Both the position numbers and the translations under genes were made by a program. The notes under the pieces were generated by a model, which had not been told where the DNA came from, did not search any database, and worked only from the letters and a program-made list of their open reading frames with translations. A DNA stretch of 64,000 bases, taken from positions 1 to 64,000 of the IMG/VR virus record IMGVR_UViG_3300031823_000004; one strand, given 5' to 3'. Positions 44,841 through 54,354 of this stretch are shown piece after piece (the first letter of the stretch is position 1; every line of letters starts with the position of its first letter). The DNA is from a virus.

Positions 44841-46775
44841 TCAGCAATCAGTAAACGAGACGAAAACACCGCCTGGCTGCGGCAATGGCGCAGGCTCAGA
44901 CGGCTCACAGGGTACTGGCGGTTCAGCGATCGAAGTCACGAAAACGCCGCCTGGCTGCGACAATGGCGTTGGTGCAGGCGACTCGCACATCACCAGTTCA
45001 AGGGTGAAGCTGACCTGCACGTCCTGGGGGGCTTGCTCGATTTGCAGCGAGCCGCGCCCGGTCACCATGCCGAACGCCCGGCTCGCCAGCGCCACCAGGT
45101 TTGTGATGCCGACCAGGATGCTGCGCGCCGTGCCCGCAGCCGCAGACCGCGCCACGAGCTTCAGGGAGCCCGACGGCTGGGCTTTAGCCGTACCGGTACC
45201 GGTGCTGCGCGCCGTGAGGGCAGCCCCGAATGATCCGGCCGCTCGACTGGTGCCGATGCTTGCACCGCGTCCGGTCAGCGACAGAATGCCGGACGGACGG
45301 CCTTGGGCAGTGCCCGCGCCGGTCTCGCGCGCCTTCAGTGCAGCCGAAAAAGTCCCAGCCGCTCGACTGGTGCTGGTGCTTGCACCGCGTCCAAACAGCT
45401 TAGCTGCAAACGATCCGGCGCTGCGCGCGGTACCCGCACCGGTTTCCCGCGCCGTCAGCGGAACAGCGCCGGACGGCTGATCCTTGGCAGTGCCGAGGCC
45501 TGCGCCACGCGCCTTCAGCGGCACAGTGCCGGTTGGGCTGCTCCGCAAAGTCATAAGGCCGGTTGCCCGGCCGGATAGCGCAGCAGCACCGGTGGCCGTG
45601 CCCCGGGCTGTGCCGAGCCCGATCGAGCGCGCGACCAGGGCGACGAAACCACCGGTGCCGGTGATGCCGCGTATGACGCCTGTGCCCGCAGCCCGTCCGA
45701 CCAGCCCAAGCACACCGACCACGCCACCACGCGCCGTGCCGATGGCGGCGGATCGCGCTTTCAGCGCGGCTGCATAGGATCCCGCACTTATGCGGCCGGT
45801 ACCGGCGCCGGTTTCGCGCGCCGATAGTGCGGCTGCAAAGGCTCCAGCCGCTCGACTGGTGCCGATGCTTGCAGCGCGTCCGAATAACCCGAGTACCCCG
45901 GCTGCACTGCCGCGCGCCGTGCCGACAGCAGCAGATCGGGCCGACAGCGCAGCCGCAAACAGCCCAGCACCACGCACAGTGCCGCTGCCGGTCCCACGCG
46001 CCTTCAGCGGGACAGTGCCGGTCAATGTCAGCCGTCCGGTGCCGACACCGGTGCCACGTGCTGACAGCGCTGTCGTGCCGGTCAGCGCGGCCCGGCTGGT
46101 GCCAGCGCCGAAAGCGCGTGCGACCAGCGCCACCATCGCGGCTCCAGCCGTCACAGTGCCGCGCGCAATACCGGCGCCTGCGGCACGTGCAGCCAGCCCC
46201 ACGGCACCGGCCAGCGTATCTCGACCTGTGCCGGCGCCTGTCCCGCGCGCCGCCAGTGGAACCGTACCGGTCAGTGCATCTCGACCAGTACCAGCACCGG
46301 TTTCACGTGCCTTCAGCGGAACAGTGCCGGTCAGCGCATCGCGACCGGTACCGGTACCCTCGCCGCGTCCGGTCAGCGGGACAGTGCCGGTCAGTGCGTC
46401 GCGACCGGTACCGAAGCCTGCACCACGCGCTGCCAGCGCGGCTGCATACGTTCCTGCGCTAAGGCGCCCGGTGCCAGCACCAGTCTCACGCGCCTTCAGC
46501 GGGACAGTACCGGTCAGCGCATCACGCCCAGTGCCAGCGCCGATCTCACGCGCCGCCAGCGGCACTGTGCCGGTCAGCGCGTCGCGTCCAGTGCCAGCGC
46601 CGGTTTCGCGCGCCAGCAGCGGAACGACGCCTGCTATTGCACCGTGCGCGACACCGAGGCCTGTGCTGCGCGCCGACAGCGCGACAGTCGCCTTTGCCGC
46701 CAACTGCGGCTGGAACGCATGTATCGGCGGTTGAAAAAGCCCAGCCGGTAGTTGAAAGACGACGACTGTCGTCAT
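44841..46775 (-). CDS. Repetitive Ala/Gly/Thr/Arg-rich protein with ~20-aa repeats
   Basis: (L.ARETGAGTGRDALTGTVP)n over most of the length; lies in the neck/tail operon. Confidence 0.75.
   Translation of the reverse strand: MTTVVVFQLPAGLFQPPIHAFQPQLAAKATVALSARSTGLGVAHGAIAGVVPLLARETGAGTGRDALTGTVPLAAREIGAGTGRDALTGTVPLKARETGAGTGRLSAGTYAAALAARGAGFGTGRDALTGTVPLTGRGEGTGTGRDALTGTVPLKARETGAGTGRDALTGTVPLAARGTGAGTGRDTLAGAVGLAARAAGAGIARGTVTAGAAMVALVARAFGAGTSRAALTGTTALSARGTGVGTGRLTLTGTVPLKARGTGSGTVRGAGLFAAALSARSAAVGTARGSAAGVLGLFGRAASIGTSRAAGAFAAALSARETGAGTGRISAGSYAAALKARSAAIGTARGGVVGVLGLVGRAAGTGVIRGITGTGGFVALVARSIGLGTARGTATGAAALSGRATGLMTLRSSPTGTVPLKARGAGLGTAKDQPSGAVPLTARETGAGTARSAGSFAAKLFGRGASTSTSRAAGTFSAALKARETGAGTAQGRPSGILSLTGRGASIGTSRAAGSFGAALTARSTGTGTAKAQPSGSLKLVARSAAAGTARSILVGITNLVALASRAFGMVTGRGSLQIEQAPQDVQVSFTLELVMCESPAPTPLSQPGGVFVTSIAEPPVPCEPSEPAPLPQPGGVFVSFTDC
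45060..46690 (-). repeat. ~60-bp degenerate tandem repeat
   Basis: ccggtcagcgcatcgcgaccggtacc-like units recurring at ~60-nt period, most conserved at 46200-46620. Confidence 0.75.
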
Positions 46776-46779
46776 GGGC

Positions 46780-47274
46780 TTACTTCATTTCGCGGATATG
46801 CATCTCAACGTTGTACGTGCCGGACTGGATGGCGTCGCAGCGAATGCCGAGGATGCCGGATACCGGCACCCAAATTCGGTTGTTCGGCTGGGCATTCCAT
46901 TCGTAACCGGCGAGAATGTTGAAATCCCGCTGCATGGTGATGTCGCCGACGGTGCCTGCGGTTGTCGCAGCGACACCGGTTGCCGACGTGCTCAATGTGC
47001 CGCGGAAGGTGCCAGCACCGCTTGACGAGTTGCCGGTAAAATCGAAGATGTTGGTGCCGACTGCACCGAGGGTAACTGTCGCTCCTGCGGTCAAACGCAC
47101 AACCGACACCGAGTCCATCAGCGAGTTTGTCGATGCGTTCTGGCTGATCTTGAAATAGAGTAGTTCGGCTGTGTTGGTGGACGATGCAGCGTATTGGATG
47201 CCAAGCCGGGCGGTGCCGGCGGTGACCGCGAATGAAGCTGCCCGGATACTCCACGTGCTAAGTTGATCCTGTAT
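46780..47274 (-). CDS. Virion-associated beta-rich protein; probable ATA start
   Basis: AAGGAG 8 nt before ATA; frame open 52 codons upstream of the ATG at 47118 and closed by TAA at the RBS; FNILAGYEW...RIWVP. Confidence 0.65.
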   Translation of the reverse strand: MQDQLSTWSIRAASFAVTAGTARLGIQYAASSTNTAELLYFKISQNASTNSLMDSVSVVRLTAGATVTLGAVGTNIFDFTGNSSSGAGTFRGTLSTSATGVAATTAGTVGDITMQRDFNILAGYEWNAQPNNRIWVPVSGILGIRCDAIQSGTYNVEMHIREMK

Positions 47275-47328
47275 GACACGTACTCCTTACACTTGACCTA
47301 TCATGCAAGATGTGCCATGAATAGGGGC

Positions 47329-47862
47329 ATGAAACGCTGTCCACTTCCGCCAGCAGACTATCTCAAAGCGCGACTGTCGTACAATGCGTCTACCGGAGAG
47401 GTAAGATGGAGGCCTAGACCTTTGACCGGCGATCCTTGGTTGGATTCTTACGTACGACGGTGGAACGCACGCTATAGTGAGCGCGTCGCTGGCTACATGG
47501 CTGGAGATTATCGCCAAGTTGTTATTGATTACCGTAAATACCAAGAACACCGAGTTATATGGAAAATGGTCACAGGAGAAGAACCGCCAATAGAACTTGA
47601 CCATAAGGACAGACGCAAAACACACAATGTAATATCTAATATGCGTCCAGCTACTCATGCTGAAAACGGTCGTAATCATGGGATACGAAAGAACAATACG
47701 TCTGGCGTTAAAGGAGTGTACTACATTCCATCGTCTGGCCGGTGGAGAGCCATGATTATGGTTGACAGAAAATGTATTCATCTCGGTATGTTTGATACAT
47801 GTGAAGAAGCCGCTATGCATAGAAAACAAGCAAGCGAGCGCTACTACGGTTCTTTTGCATAG
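47329..47862 (+). CDS. HNH-AP2 homing endonuclease, free-standing, antisense insertion
   Basis: LSYNASTG, HRVIWKM, LDHKD....N.ISNMR.AT..EN, NTSGVKGV, WRA.I......HLG.F...EEA; AT-richer than flanks. Confidence 0.92.
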   Translation: MKRCPLPPADYLKARLSYNASTGEVRWRPRPLTGDPWLDSYVRRWNARYSERVAGYMAGDYRQVVIDYRKYQEHRVIWKMVTGEEPPIELDHKDRRKTHNVISNMRPATHAENGRNHGIRKNNTSGVKGVYYIPSSGRWRAMIMVDRKCIHLGMFDTCEEAAMHRKQASERYYGSFA

Positions 47863-47873
47863 CCTGCATAGGG

Positions 47874-49442
47874 TCAACTCCAGATTGCTACCTGTTGCGG
47901 CTGTCCGAGCACCGGAACATTCTTATTGTTGCTGGTCAGGATGATCGCACCGTTCCAGCCTATTCCACCAGTGTGCGTTGTTGAATCGCCACCGCCGCCG
48001 CCGCCACCGCCACCAGGCCAGCCACCAGTACCACCGAGACGGGCAGTCGTCACACCACCGGGACCACCGCTGCCACCGCCACCACCGTTCTGGTTATTGG
48101 CGCCTGGATTACCGTTCGACGTGTTCGCGACACCAGCACCGCCAGCACCACCCGAGCCACCATCGCCAGCACCGCCAGCGCCGGAGGCCGACGTTGTCGA
48201 TCCCGTACTGCCTGCAACACCGGCCGCTGTCGGGCCGCCACAGCCACCACCGCCGCCACCCCAGTCACCCGATGCAGCCGCTGAAGATCCACCGCTACCG
48301 CCGGAAAACACTGTCGTTCCCGTACTGGTGGACGCCAAACCCCCAGCACCGCCAGTATGCGTCGATCCGGCTGATCCAGGCTGTGCGAGAACGACAGACG
48401 ATCCGATGATTGTTGCAGTACCGACTGCTCCAGCCGCCCCACCAAGCCCGACGGTTATTGCGAGTGTACCGCCAGCAGTAACCGTCACGGCCCCGGCAGC
48501 ATAAGCACCGCCACCACCGCCACCACCGCCGCTCGCGGCCGCGCCGGTGACCCCGCCAGCCCCGCCACCCCAGGCCTGCCCAACACAGTTGCCGGTCCAG
48601 TTGGCTGGGATATCGACAACCGAGATGCCCGGGCCGCCGGTGTTCTGCGCAAGCACGTAAATCTGGTCAGCGTCCGTGCTGCTGTAGGTGATCTTGATCT
48701 CGGCATAACCGCCATAGCCCGAGTTGGCCGCGCAGCCGCCACCGCCGCCCGGCGTGCCGCCGACGCCACCGGTCGAGTTGAAGGTCTCGCCTTCGCCGCC
48801 ACCACCGCCGCCGCCATAGTCATAGTCGTCGCCGCCATTGCCGCCAGCGTCCGACGGCGAGCCGCCGCCAGCGCCACCACCGCCGCCAGCACCCTTGCCG
48901 CCGACACTACCCGGTGCACCAACACCGCCAGCACCGCCAAGCCCCTGGAAACCGTTGCCACCGGCTGTACCGTTGACGCCGCTGCCACTGGTCGAAACAC
49001 CGGCTGTACCGCCGCCACAGCCGCCACCACCGGAGCCGCCGCCCGCGGTTGCCGCTGCCGTGCCGCCCGGCTGACCGACGCCCTGCGGACCGCCTGCGCC
49101 ACCGCCACCGGCATTGCCGAGCGTGTTGCCGGTGCCGCCAGCACCGCCAGCGTTGATCAGGTTGCCGATCGCTGTTGTGGCTGATGCTCCACCAGGCGCG
49201 ATGACGGTTGATGAACTGCTGAACCATGTGTCGCCGCCAGGATTGCCGATCACACCGAGCGAAAAAGGGATCGGCGTTCCAGCTACGGCCGAGAAACTAT
49301 TGAGTTGGCACCACGTCGCACCAGCACCGCCATTCGTGCCATCGCTAAGCTGTCCAGCACCCCAGCACTGCACCGTCCAATGCGCCGTGGTGCGCGGCGT
49401 GATGCTCCCGACGCCGCCCCCGATGATGTAGATGGTTGTCAC
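47874..49442 (-). CDS. Glycine-rich virion protein with two tandem Gly-rich domains
   Basis: Two VQCWGAG/GQAWGGG...GGGGGG...G.I.I units. Confidence 0.75.
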   Translation of the reverse strand: MTTIYIIGGGVGSITPRTTAHWTVQCWGAGQLSDGTNGGAGATWCQLNSFSAVAGTPIPFSLGVIGNPGGDTWFSSSSTVIAPGGASATTAIGNLINAGGAGGTGNTLGNAGGGGAGGPQGVGQPGGTAAATAGGGSGGGGCGGGTAGVSTSGSGVNGTAGGNGFQGLGGAGGVGAPGSVGGKGAGGGGGAGGGSPSDAGGNGGDDYDYGGGGGGGEGETFNSTGGVGGTPGGGGGCAANSGYGGYAEIKITYSSTDADQIYVLAQNTGGPGISVVDIPANWTGNCVGQAWGGGAGGVTGAAASGGGGGGGGAYAAGAVTVTAGGTLAITVGLGGAAGAVGTATIIGSSVVLAQPGSAGSTHTGGAGGLASTSTGTTVFSGGSGGSSAAASGDWGGGGGGCGGPTAAGVAGSTGSTTSASGAGGAGDGGSGGAGGAGVANTSNGNPGANNQNGGGGGSGGPGGVTTARLGGTGGWPGGGGGGGGGDSTTHTGGIGWNGAIILTSNNKNVPVLGQPQQVAIWS

Positions 49443-49455
49443 AGGGGCTCACGAA

Positions 49456-50319
49456 TCACGCCACTGCCAGCGTCAATGCTCCTGAAGCGAAGCTGGCCGT
49501 CACGTTAATCGGGATCGACTGCTGGGTGACCTGCCGCACCATCGCCGCGCCAGCAACCGACGTGTTCGTGCTGACGTTGAACGTGTCGGATGACAGGCCT
49601 GCAACGGTGAAAGGCGTCTCCGACGTCAGGCTGCTTGGCACGTTGCCGCCAAACCGCGCCGTGAAAGCGACGCTCGCGCCGTTGGCCAGGTTCGGCGTCG
49701 ATCCTGCGGTGATGCCGATCGCCGTAATAACTCCCGGCGAGGCCAGGGTGATCGTACACGGATACCAAGGATCATTGCCGAGCCAATCCCAATCCCACAG
49801 GTTGCCGCTGGTCACCGCGTCGTACAGACCGAACGCCACTACCGTGCCCCAGCTTGCGGTCGCCTGTGCGAAAGCGATGATCGCATTCGTCACCGCCGTT
49901 GCCGGGCCCTGGCTGCTTGCTGCGGAGAACGCCGAGAAGGTGATCGTGTCGCCGGAACCGACAGTGCTGCTTGCGTTGGCGGACATCGTCACGGTCGTGC
50001 CGGTCGTGCTCAAAACAGTCACGGTGCCCAGTGCGGCCGGTGTCGTCGCATCGCGTATGCGCATCCCAGCCACGATCCACGACGGAACCGATGCGAAGTT
50101 CAGTACGGCGCTGCTCGATGACGTGGTGGCGTTGGTGGCCAAGCTGCCAGCGACCTGTACGCGTGCATAGCCGCCAGCGCTGACTTCAACAGCACCGCTA
50201 TCGTTGTCCCCGGGTGCAGTGGTGAACAGCGCGAGCCAGCGTGCATACGTGCTGGGCATCAGCAGGCTGCCTGCGGTCGCGTTCAAAAAATTCTGCGCAT
50301 TGTACCCGGTTATGGCCAT
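49456..50319 (-). CDS. Virion structural / fibre-associated protein
   Basis: LALFTTAP.D...EVSAGGYARV, F..ATASWGTVVAFGLYDAVTSGN, SFASGALTL. Confidence 0.7.
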   Translation of the reverse strand: MAITGYNAQNFLNATAGSLLMPSTYARWLALFTTAPGDNDSGAVEVSAGGYARVQVAGSLATNATTSSSSAVLNFASVPSWIVAGMRIRDATTPAALGTVTVLSTTGTTVTMSANASSTVGSGDTITFSAFSAASSQGPATAVTNAIIAFAQATASWGTVVAFGLYDAVTSGNLWDWDWLGNDPWYPCTITLASPGVITAIGITAGSTPNLANGASVAFTARFGGNVPSSLTSETPFTVAGLSSDTFNVSTNTSVAGAAMVRQVTQQSIPINVTASFASGALTLAVA

Positions 50320-50333
50320 GAAGCGCGGTCCCT

Positions 50334-51218
50334 CTACAACTCCAGTTCCACGCACGTTTCCAGCGTGATATTCACGTCGATCGCAGCGATGGTGCCGTAT
50401 CCGGTGGTAATCGTCACTGGGAAAACCCCCTCCAGTACGAGCATGATCTCTGACCAGTAGAATACCGGCGCCTGTCCGGTCCATTCCTGGCTGCTGTCTC
50501 CGGAAACCGCCTGCCACTCGTGCCGTACGTTCTGGCCCACCACCCCGAACAGCGTCGCCTTCAGCGCGCGGAACGCAATCAGCAGCGTGTCACGATAAAA
50601 GTCGCGCTCGTCGGCGTTCTGGTCCAGCACACTGATCTGCCACACCCGCTTGGCCCAGCCCGGCAGGGTTGCCAGATTGTTGGTGTCCGGCACCAGTACG
50701 TCCTGGCCGATCGCGGTGTCGTTCTGCTGAAACAGCGCCAGGTTGACGACGACAAACGGTGTCGCTGGCCAGCCGCCCGCCGGACCTTTCGTCGTGACCT
50801 GCGCGGGCTCTATCGTCACACCGGGCGGCCTTGGCGCGTTGTCGCAGGCGGCCTGCATCAGGCGAATCAGAAGCTGTGTCATGCCGTCGGGCACGGTGAC
50901 GATCGCCGAGCCCGGCGTCACCGCGGCGGTCACCGTCGTGCCGGTGTTGTCGATCCCGGTCCAGGTGTACGAAACCGCGGGGTTCAGCGGCTGCGAAGAC
51001 GTCGACGGCCCGTCGCCAACGTCGACCCAGAACGGTAGCGGTGCCCCGGCATAGATTGTGGCACTGCTACTGTCCGAACCATTGCGAATAAGAGTGATAC
51101 TGGTCACACCTGATGCAGGTGCGAAATTACCTTGATCGGCGCCGTAGAGTTCTAGTAAAACGCTGCCGCCGATAGGCAGGGGCGCCAGAACGATCGGCGG
51201 GCCAGCGGAGCCGGACAC
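50334..51218 (-). CDS. Neck / tail-terminator-like protein
   Basis: Position; PFVVVNL......IGQD, NADERD motifs. Confidence 0.55.
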   Translation of the reverse strand: MSGSAGPPIVLAPLPIGGSVLLELYGADQGNFAPASGVTSITLIRNGSDSSSATIYAGAPLPFWVDVGDGPSTSSQPLNPAVSYTWTGIDNTGTTVTAAVTPGSAIVTVPDGMTQLLIRLMQAACDNAPRPPGVTIEPAQVTTKGPAGGWPATPFVVVNLALFQQNDTAIGQDVLVPDTNNLATLPGWAKRVWQISVLDQNADERDFYRDTLLIAFRALKATLFGVVGQNVRHEWQAVSGDSSQEWTGQAPVFYWSEIMLVLEGVFPVTITTGYGTIAAIDVNITLETCVELEL

Positions 51219-51222
51219 CGGG

Positions 51223-51765
51223 TCATCCCTCCGCTATCGCGCGCCTGGCGATCGTCGCCAGGGCCATTGCTGGTGCATACGGCATCATCGGCGGGATGAT
51301 CCATGAGTCGGCAGGCGAGTTCGGGCCGAACGACGCGAAGCCGCTGGACGTGTTGGCGCGCAGTTCCGCCCACATGGAGGACTTCAGCGAAGCAGGTCCG
51401 GACCCAACACGCCGCAACCCGGTCGCCCTCAGATGCTCGACCGAACCGACCGGGCGGTGCATCGGGATCGCACGATTGCGGAGCGAGGCGACCGTCTTCA
51501 TGTCGAACGACCGGTGTCCGGTTTCGAGTACTGCTGCCTCCGGCGCAAGCTCCTCGTCGGCCAGGATCGCGATGGTTGCCGGTCCGCGCTGCTCCAGCCG
51601 CAGCGACGAGGCGTACTTGCCGGACGGGTAGATCAGACGCTTGCCGTTCAGCGCCGTGTGCCCGAGCGCGAAGTCGAGCCACATGACAAAAATCTCGACG
51701 CCGATCTGCGTAATCGTCTCGGGCGGCAGGTTCGTCCGGATGATGTAGGAGAAACCGGTTTTCAC
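51223..51765 (-). CDS. Neck/tail-completion protein
   Basis: SGKYASSL, LETG..SFDMK, SPADSWIIP. Confidence 0.6.
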   Translation of the reverse strand: MKTGFSYIIRTNLPPETITQIGVEIFVMWLDFALGHTALNGKRLIYPSGKYASSLRLEQRGPATIAILADEELAPEAAVLETGHRSFDMKTVASLRNRAIPMHRPVGSVEHLRATGLRRVGSGPASLKSSMWAELRANTSSGFASFGPNSPADSWIIPPMMPYAPAMALATIARRAIAEG

Positions 51766-52635
51766 CTAGATGGAGCCGATCAGTGTTGGGGCTGTGGCCA
51801 GCGTGCCCGTCATCTGCGCACTGCCCGCTGCCTGCGGCTCCAGCCCGCGCTGACGGGTCCAGAAATCGAGCGCCTGGAGCCGGAACCGCCGCGGCTCATT
51901 GACCGTGCCGCCGCCCAGTGGGCGGATATGCGGCAGGCCGCCGGCGACGCGGAACGCCACGTACACGGGCGCGGCCAGGAACTCCACCATGTAATTCGTC
52001 CCGGGCGGATAGCCGGTGATCGCCACCGTAGCGCCGGACACCGTATAGCCCGACACGAGATCGACGTTCCCGCTCGACGGATCCCAGACCGTCACCGCCC
52101 CGGACGGCGCTATTGCAAGGTTCTGCTGAAAAGGCAGGTTCTGCTTTATGCCGACCTGCAACACCGCCGTGTAGCGCGTCTGCATATCGACCGGTACAAA
52201 GCGGTCGTCGACAGAGGCGTACGTCCAGCATTGCGTCGGCTGGTTCGGATCGCCGACCGCGAAATTCGGATTGGCGTATGGGATGGTGATCGACGGCTCC
52301 GTACTCTGGAATGTGCCGTACTCCTCGTTGAACCGCGTGCCGGGTTCGTCCGACGTCGGCGCCCGGTGGATGAACTCCAGGTACATCGGCATCGGCGGGC
52401 CGGGCGCGTCCCAGTAGACCCCCACACCGGAGCATTTGGTGCAGGACCGCTGGGGTGACCCTAGCTGCGGCAGCCGCCCGGCCGCTCCACCGCCCGCGTA
52501 AACGCAGGGGCAGGTATGGCTCCTCGCCCACGACACGCGCTGGGCGTTCGCCGCGATCAGCGCGTCGAAGTTCTGCGATGGCATGGAGCGCATCGTTGTC
52601 GGCAGCGCAGGGCAGGGCAGGATCACACCGGGCAT
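51766..52635 (-). CDS. Head-closure/neck protein with CPC...CxxCxG zinc motif
   Basis: TCPC...CTKCSGVG; position after adaptor. Confidence 0.65.
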   Translation of the reverse strand: MPGVILPCPALPTTMRSMPSQNFDALIAANAQRVSWARSHTCPCVYAGGGAAGRLPQLGSPQRSCTKCSGVGVYWDAPGPPMPMYLEFIHRAPTSDEPGTRFNEEYGTFQSTEPSITIPYANPNFAVGDPNQPTQCWTYASVDDRFVPVDMQTRYTAVLQVGIKQNLPFQQNLAIAPSGAVTVWDPSSGNVDLVSGYTVSGATVAITGYPPGTNYMVEFLAAPVYVAFRVAGGLPHIRPLGGGTVNEPRRFRLQALDFWTRQRGLEPQAAGSAQMTGTLATAPTLIGSI

Positions 52636-52641
52636 TGCGGC

Positions 52642-53634
52642 CTACAGGATGTTCATGGCGAAGCCGCCGCACATCTGCTTGGCTCGCCGGGTCAGCCGAT
52701 CCACCACTAACTCCTGCTGGGCGATTGCGCCAGCGAAGGCGCCCTTCGGATCGAATTTCATCTCCTGCATCAGGCCGTCCGCCTGGAGGCGCGTCGAGAC
52801 GGCACCGTAGTTGACGGAAAGCTGCATGATCCCCAGCGCCGTCGTAGCCGTTTTGGCGAGCACAAGCTGCCGCATGAATTTCCAGTTGGCCTGATAGTCC
52901 GCCGCGGTCAGACCAGCGGTGTACTGGAACCACATGCCACCAGGCACGTTCTCCGAAAATCCCAGAAAGGCCAGTTGCAAAGCGAACAGCGGCAGCATTT
53001 GCACGTCTGTCGCCGGCACGAACCGCACCAGGCCGCGTTCCGAATCCTCCACAACCCACGTCTGGGGCATCCGGAAGTACTCGTTCAGCAGCGGATAGAT
53101 GAACGCCATGTTTTTCGTGCCATTGGCGTTCGTGGCATTGATGATGCCGGTCGGATCGACAACATCCACGCCTTTCACCGGCCGCCAGCGCATCCGCTGG
53201 TACAGCCATCCGGCATCACGGGCGCGGTCAAAGAAAAAGTCGTACGCCGCTTCCTGAAAGTCGTAGTCGACCCCAAGCTGCTGGTAGTTGTATTTCGTGA
53301 CCAGCCCTAAAAGCTGTGTCGCCTGCTGCGATTTGGCTGGCGGTGCGGCAATCCACGTCTGGCATAGCTTGATATTGGTGTCGTTCTCGATCTCGTCCTC
53401 GGCATAGCGGATCCATTCGGTGATGGACGGGTCGTCGATCGGAACCGGCGGATTGCCGTACATCTGGATAGGAACCTGAAGATAGGTCCGGAGATCGTTC
53501 GGTTGCAGCCCGGTTTTGGTCGAAGCACCGGAAGAGAAATTGATGATGGTCGGCGCCTGACCGGACACCGCGGTGTTCCAGTTCCACAGTGCCTTGGTAG
53601 GAATCGGAACATAGGTATTCGGGTTGTCCGACAC
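52642..53634 (-). CDS. Head-tail adaptor-like protein
   Basis: IRYAEDEIE..TNI, RWRPV, YTAG, DGLMQ; position after capsid genes. Confidence 0.65.
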   Translation of the reverse strand: MSDNPNTYVPIPTKALWNWNTAVSGQAPTIINFSSGASTKTGLQPNDLRTYLQVPIQMYGNPPVPIDDPSITEWIRYAEDEIENDTNIKLCQTWIAAPPAKSQQATQLLGLVTKYNYQQLGVDYDFQEAAYDFFFDRARDAGWLYQRMRWRPVKGVDVVDPTGIINATNANGTKNMAFIYPLLNEYFRMPQTWVVEDSERGLVRFVPATDVQMLPLFALQLAFLGFSENVPGGMWFQYTAGLTAADYQANWKFMRQLVLAKTATTALGIMQLSVNYGAVSTRLQADGLMQEMKFDPKGAFAGAIAQQELVVDRLTRRAKQMCGGFAMNIL

Positions 53635-53997
53635 TTAGCCCGATCTCCCCTGTGCTTCGCGCAGGCGTTTCCGCCAGCCGGGCGTATGCGGGATCCTCTG
53701 GGCAACCCGTTCGGCGCTCTCCTGCGGCGTCTCCGGCTTGTCGTCGTCATCGTCGTCAGCCGATGCTGTCGCTGGTGCCGCAACTGGTGTTGCAGCCACC
53801 GTGCCGAACGCCTCCAGCAGCGCTTCCGGCTCGCCGCGCAGCGCCGCTACCTGTCCTTCATTCAGGGCGTCCGTCACGTAGTCGCCGTTCGGCACCCAGC
53901 GGAACGGCACACCGACAACCTCACCACCGACAGCGTGGCGGTGCCGCCAGGCAGTCCAGATACGACCATTGCGGCGCAGGCGAGCGGTGAACGTCAT
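53635..53997 (-). CDS. Hypothetical protein
   Basis: Tightly packed in the head operon. Confidence 0.55.
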   Translation of the reverse strand: MTFTARLRRNGRIWTAWRHRHAVGGEVVGVPFRWVPNGDYVTDALNEGQVAALRGEPEALLEAFGTVAATPVAAPATASADDDDDDKPETPQESAERVAQRIPHTPGWRKRLREAQGRSG

Positions 53998-53998
53998 G

Positions 53999-54253
53999 TC
54001 AGTTGTACAGCAGAGTGAAAACCGAGTTCGGTATGATGGTTATCGAACCATCGGCGTCCTGGATTACCCAGTCCGTCGCGTTCGCTTTTTCCGTACCGGA
54101 TCTGGACGGCACATGCAGCGTGCCATCACCCGGCGAGTGAAGCGCCAGGCGCTTCGCCCAGATCGGAAGGGTCGAGGCCGCGGCTGTCAAAAGGCCGCCG
54201 GACCACTGGAAAGCGTCTATCGAGACGCCGCCTTTTTGCGTGTGCGTTGCCAT
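53999..54253 (-). CDS. Small conserved phage protein
   Basis: IDAFQW.G...A...DWVIQ..DG.......F...Y pattern; GGGAG RBS. Confidence 0.65.
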   Translation of the reverse strand: MATHTQKGGVSIDAFQWSGGLLTAAASTLPIWAKRLALHSPGDGTLHVPSRSGTEKANATDWVIQDADGSITIIPNSVFTLLYN

Positions 54254-54299
54254 AGCTTCAGGTTACTCCCTTCCGGACAGGTTGTCATTGCAGGCCGCC

Positions 54300-54337
54300 A
54301 AAACGAAAACGCCCCCGAACTGCTTCGGGGGCGTTTG
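54300..54337 (-). terminator. Intrinsic terminator after the major capsid gene
   Basis: Minus strand AAACGCCCCCGAA-GCAG-TTCGGGGGCGTTTT-CGTTTT. Confidence 0.9.
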
Positions 54338-54354
54338 ACTTGAGTCCCCGGCGA

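Noticed and set aside
44859-44970. Duplicated acgaaaac.ccgcctggctgcg.caatggcg segment as DGR template/variable repeat or att site
   Set aside because: Short in-frame coding duplication (PL.QPGGVFV twice); differences are not adenine-specific; no reverse transcriptase or integrase in the window
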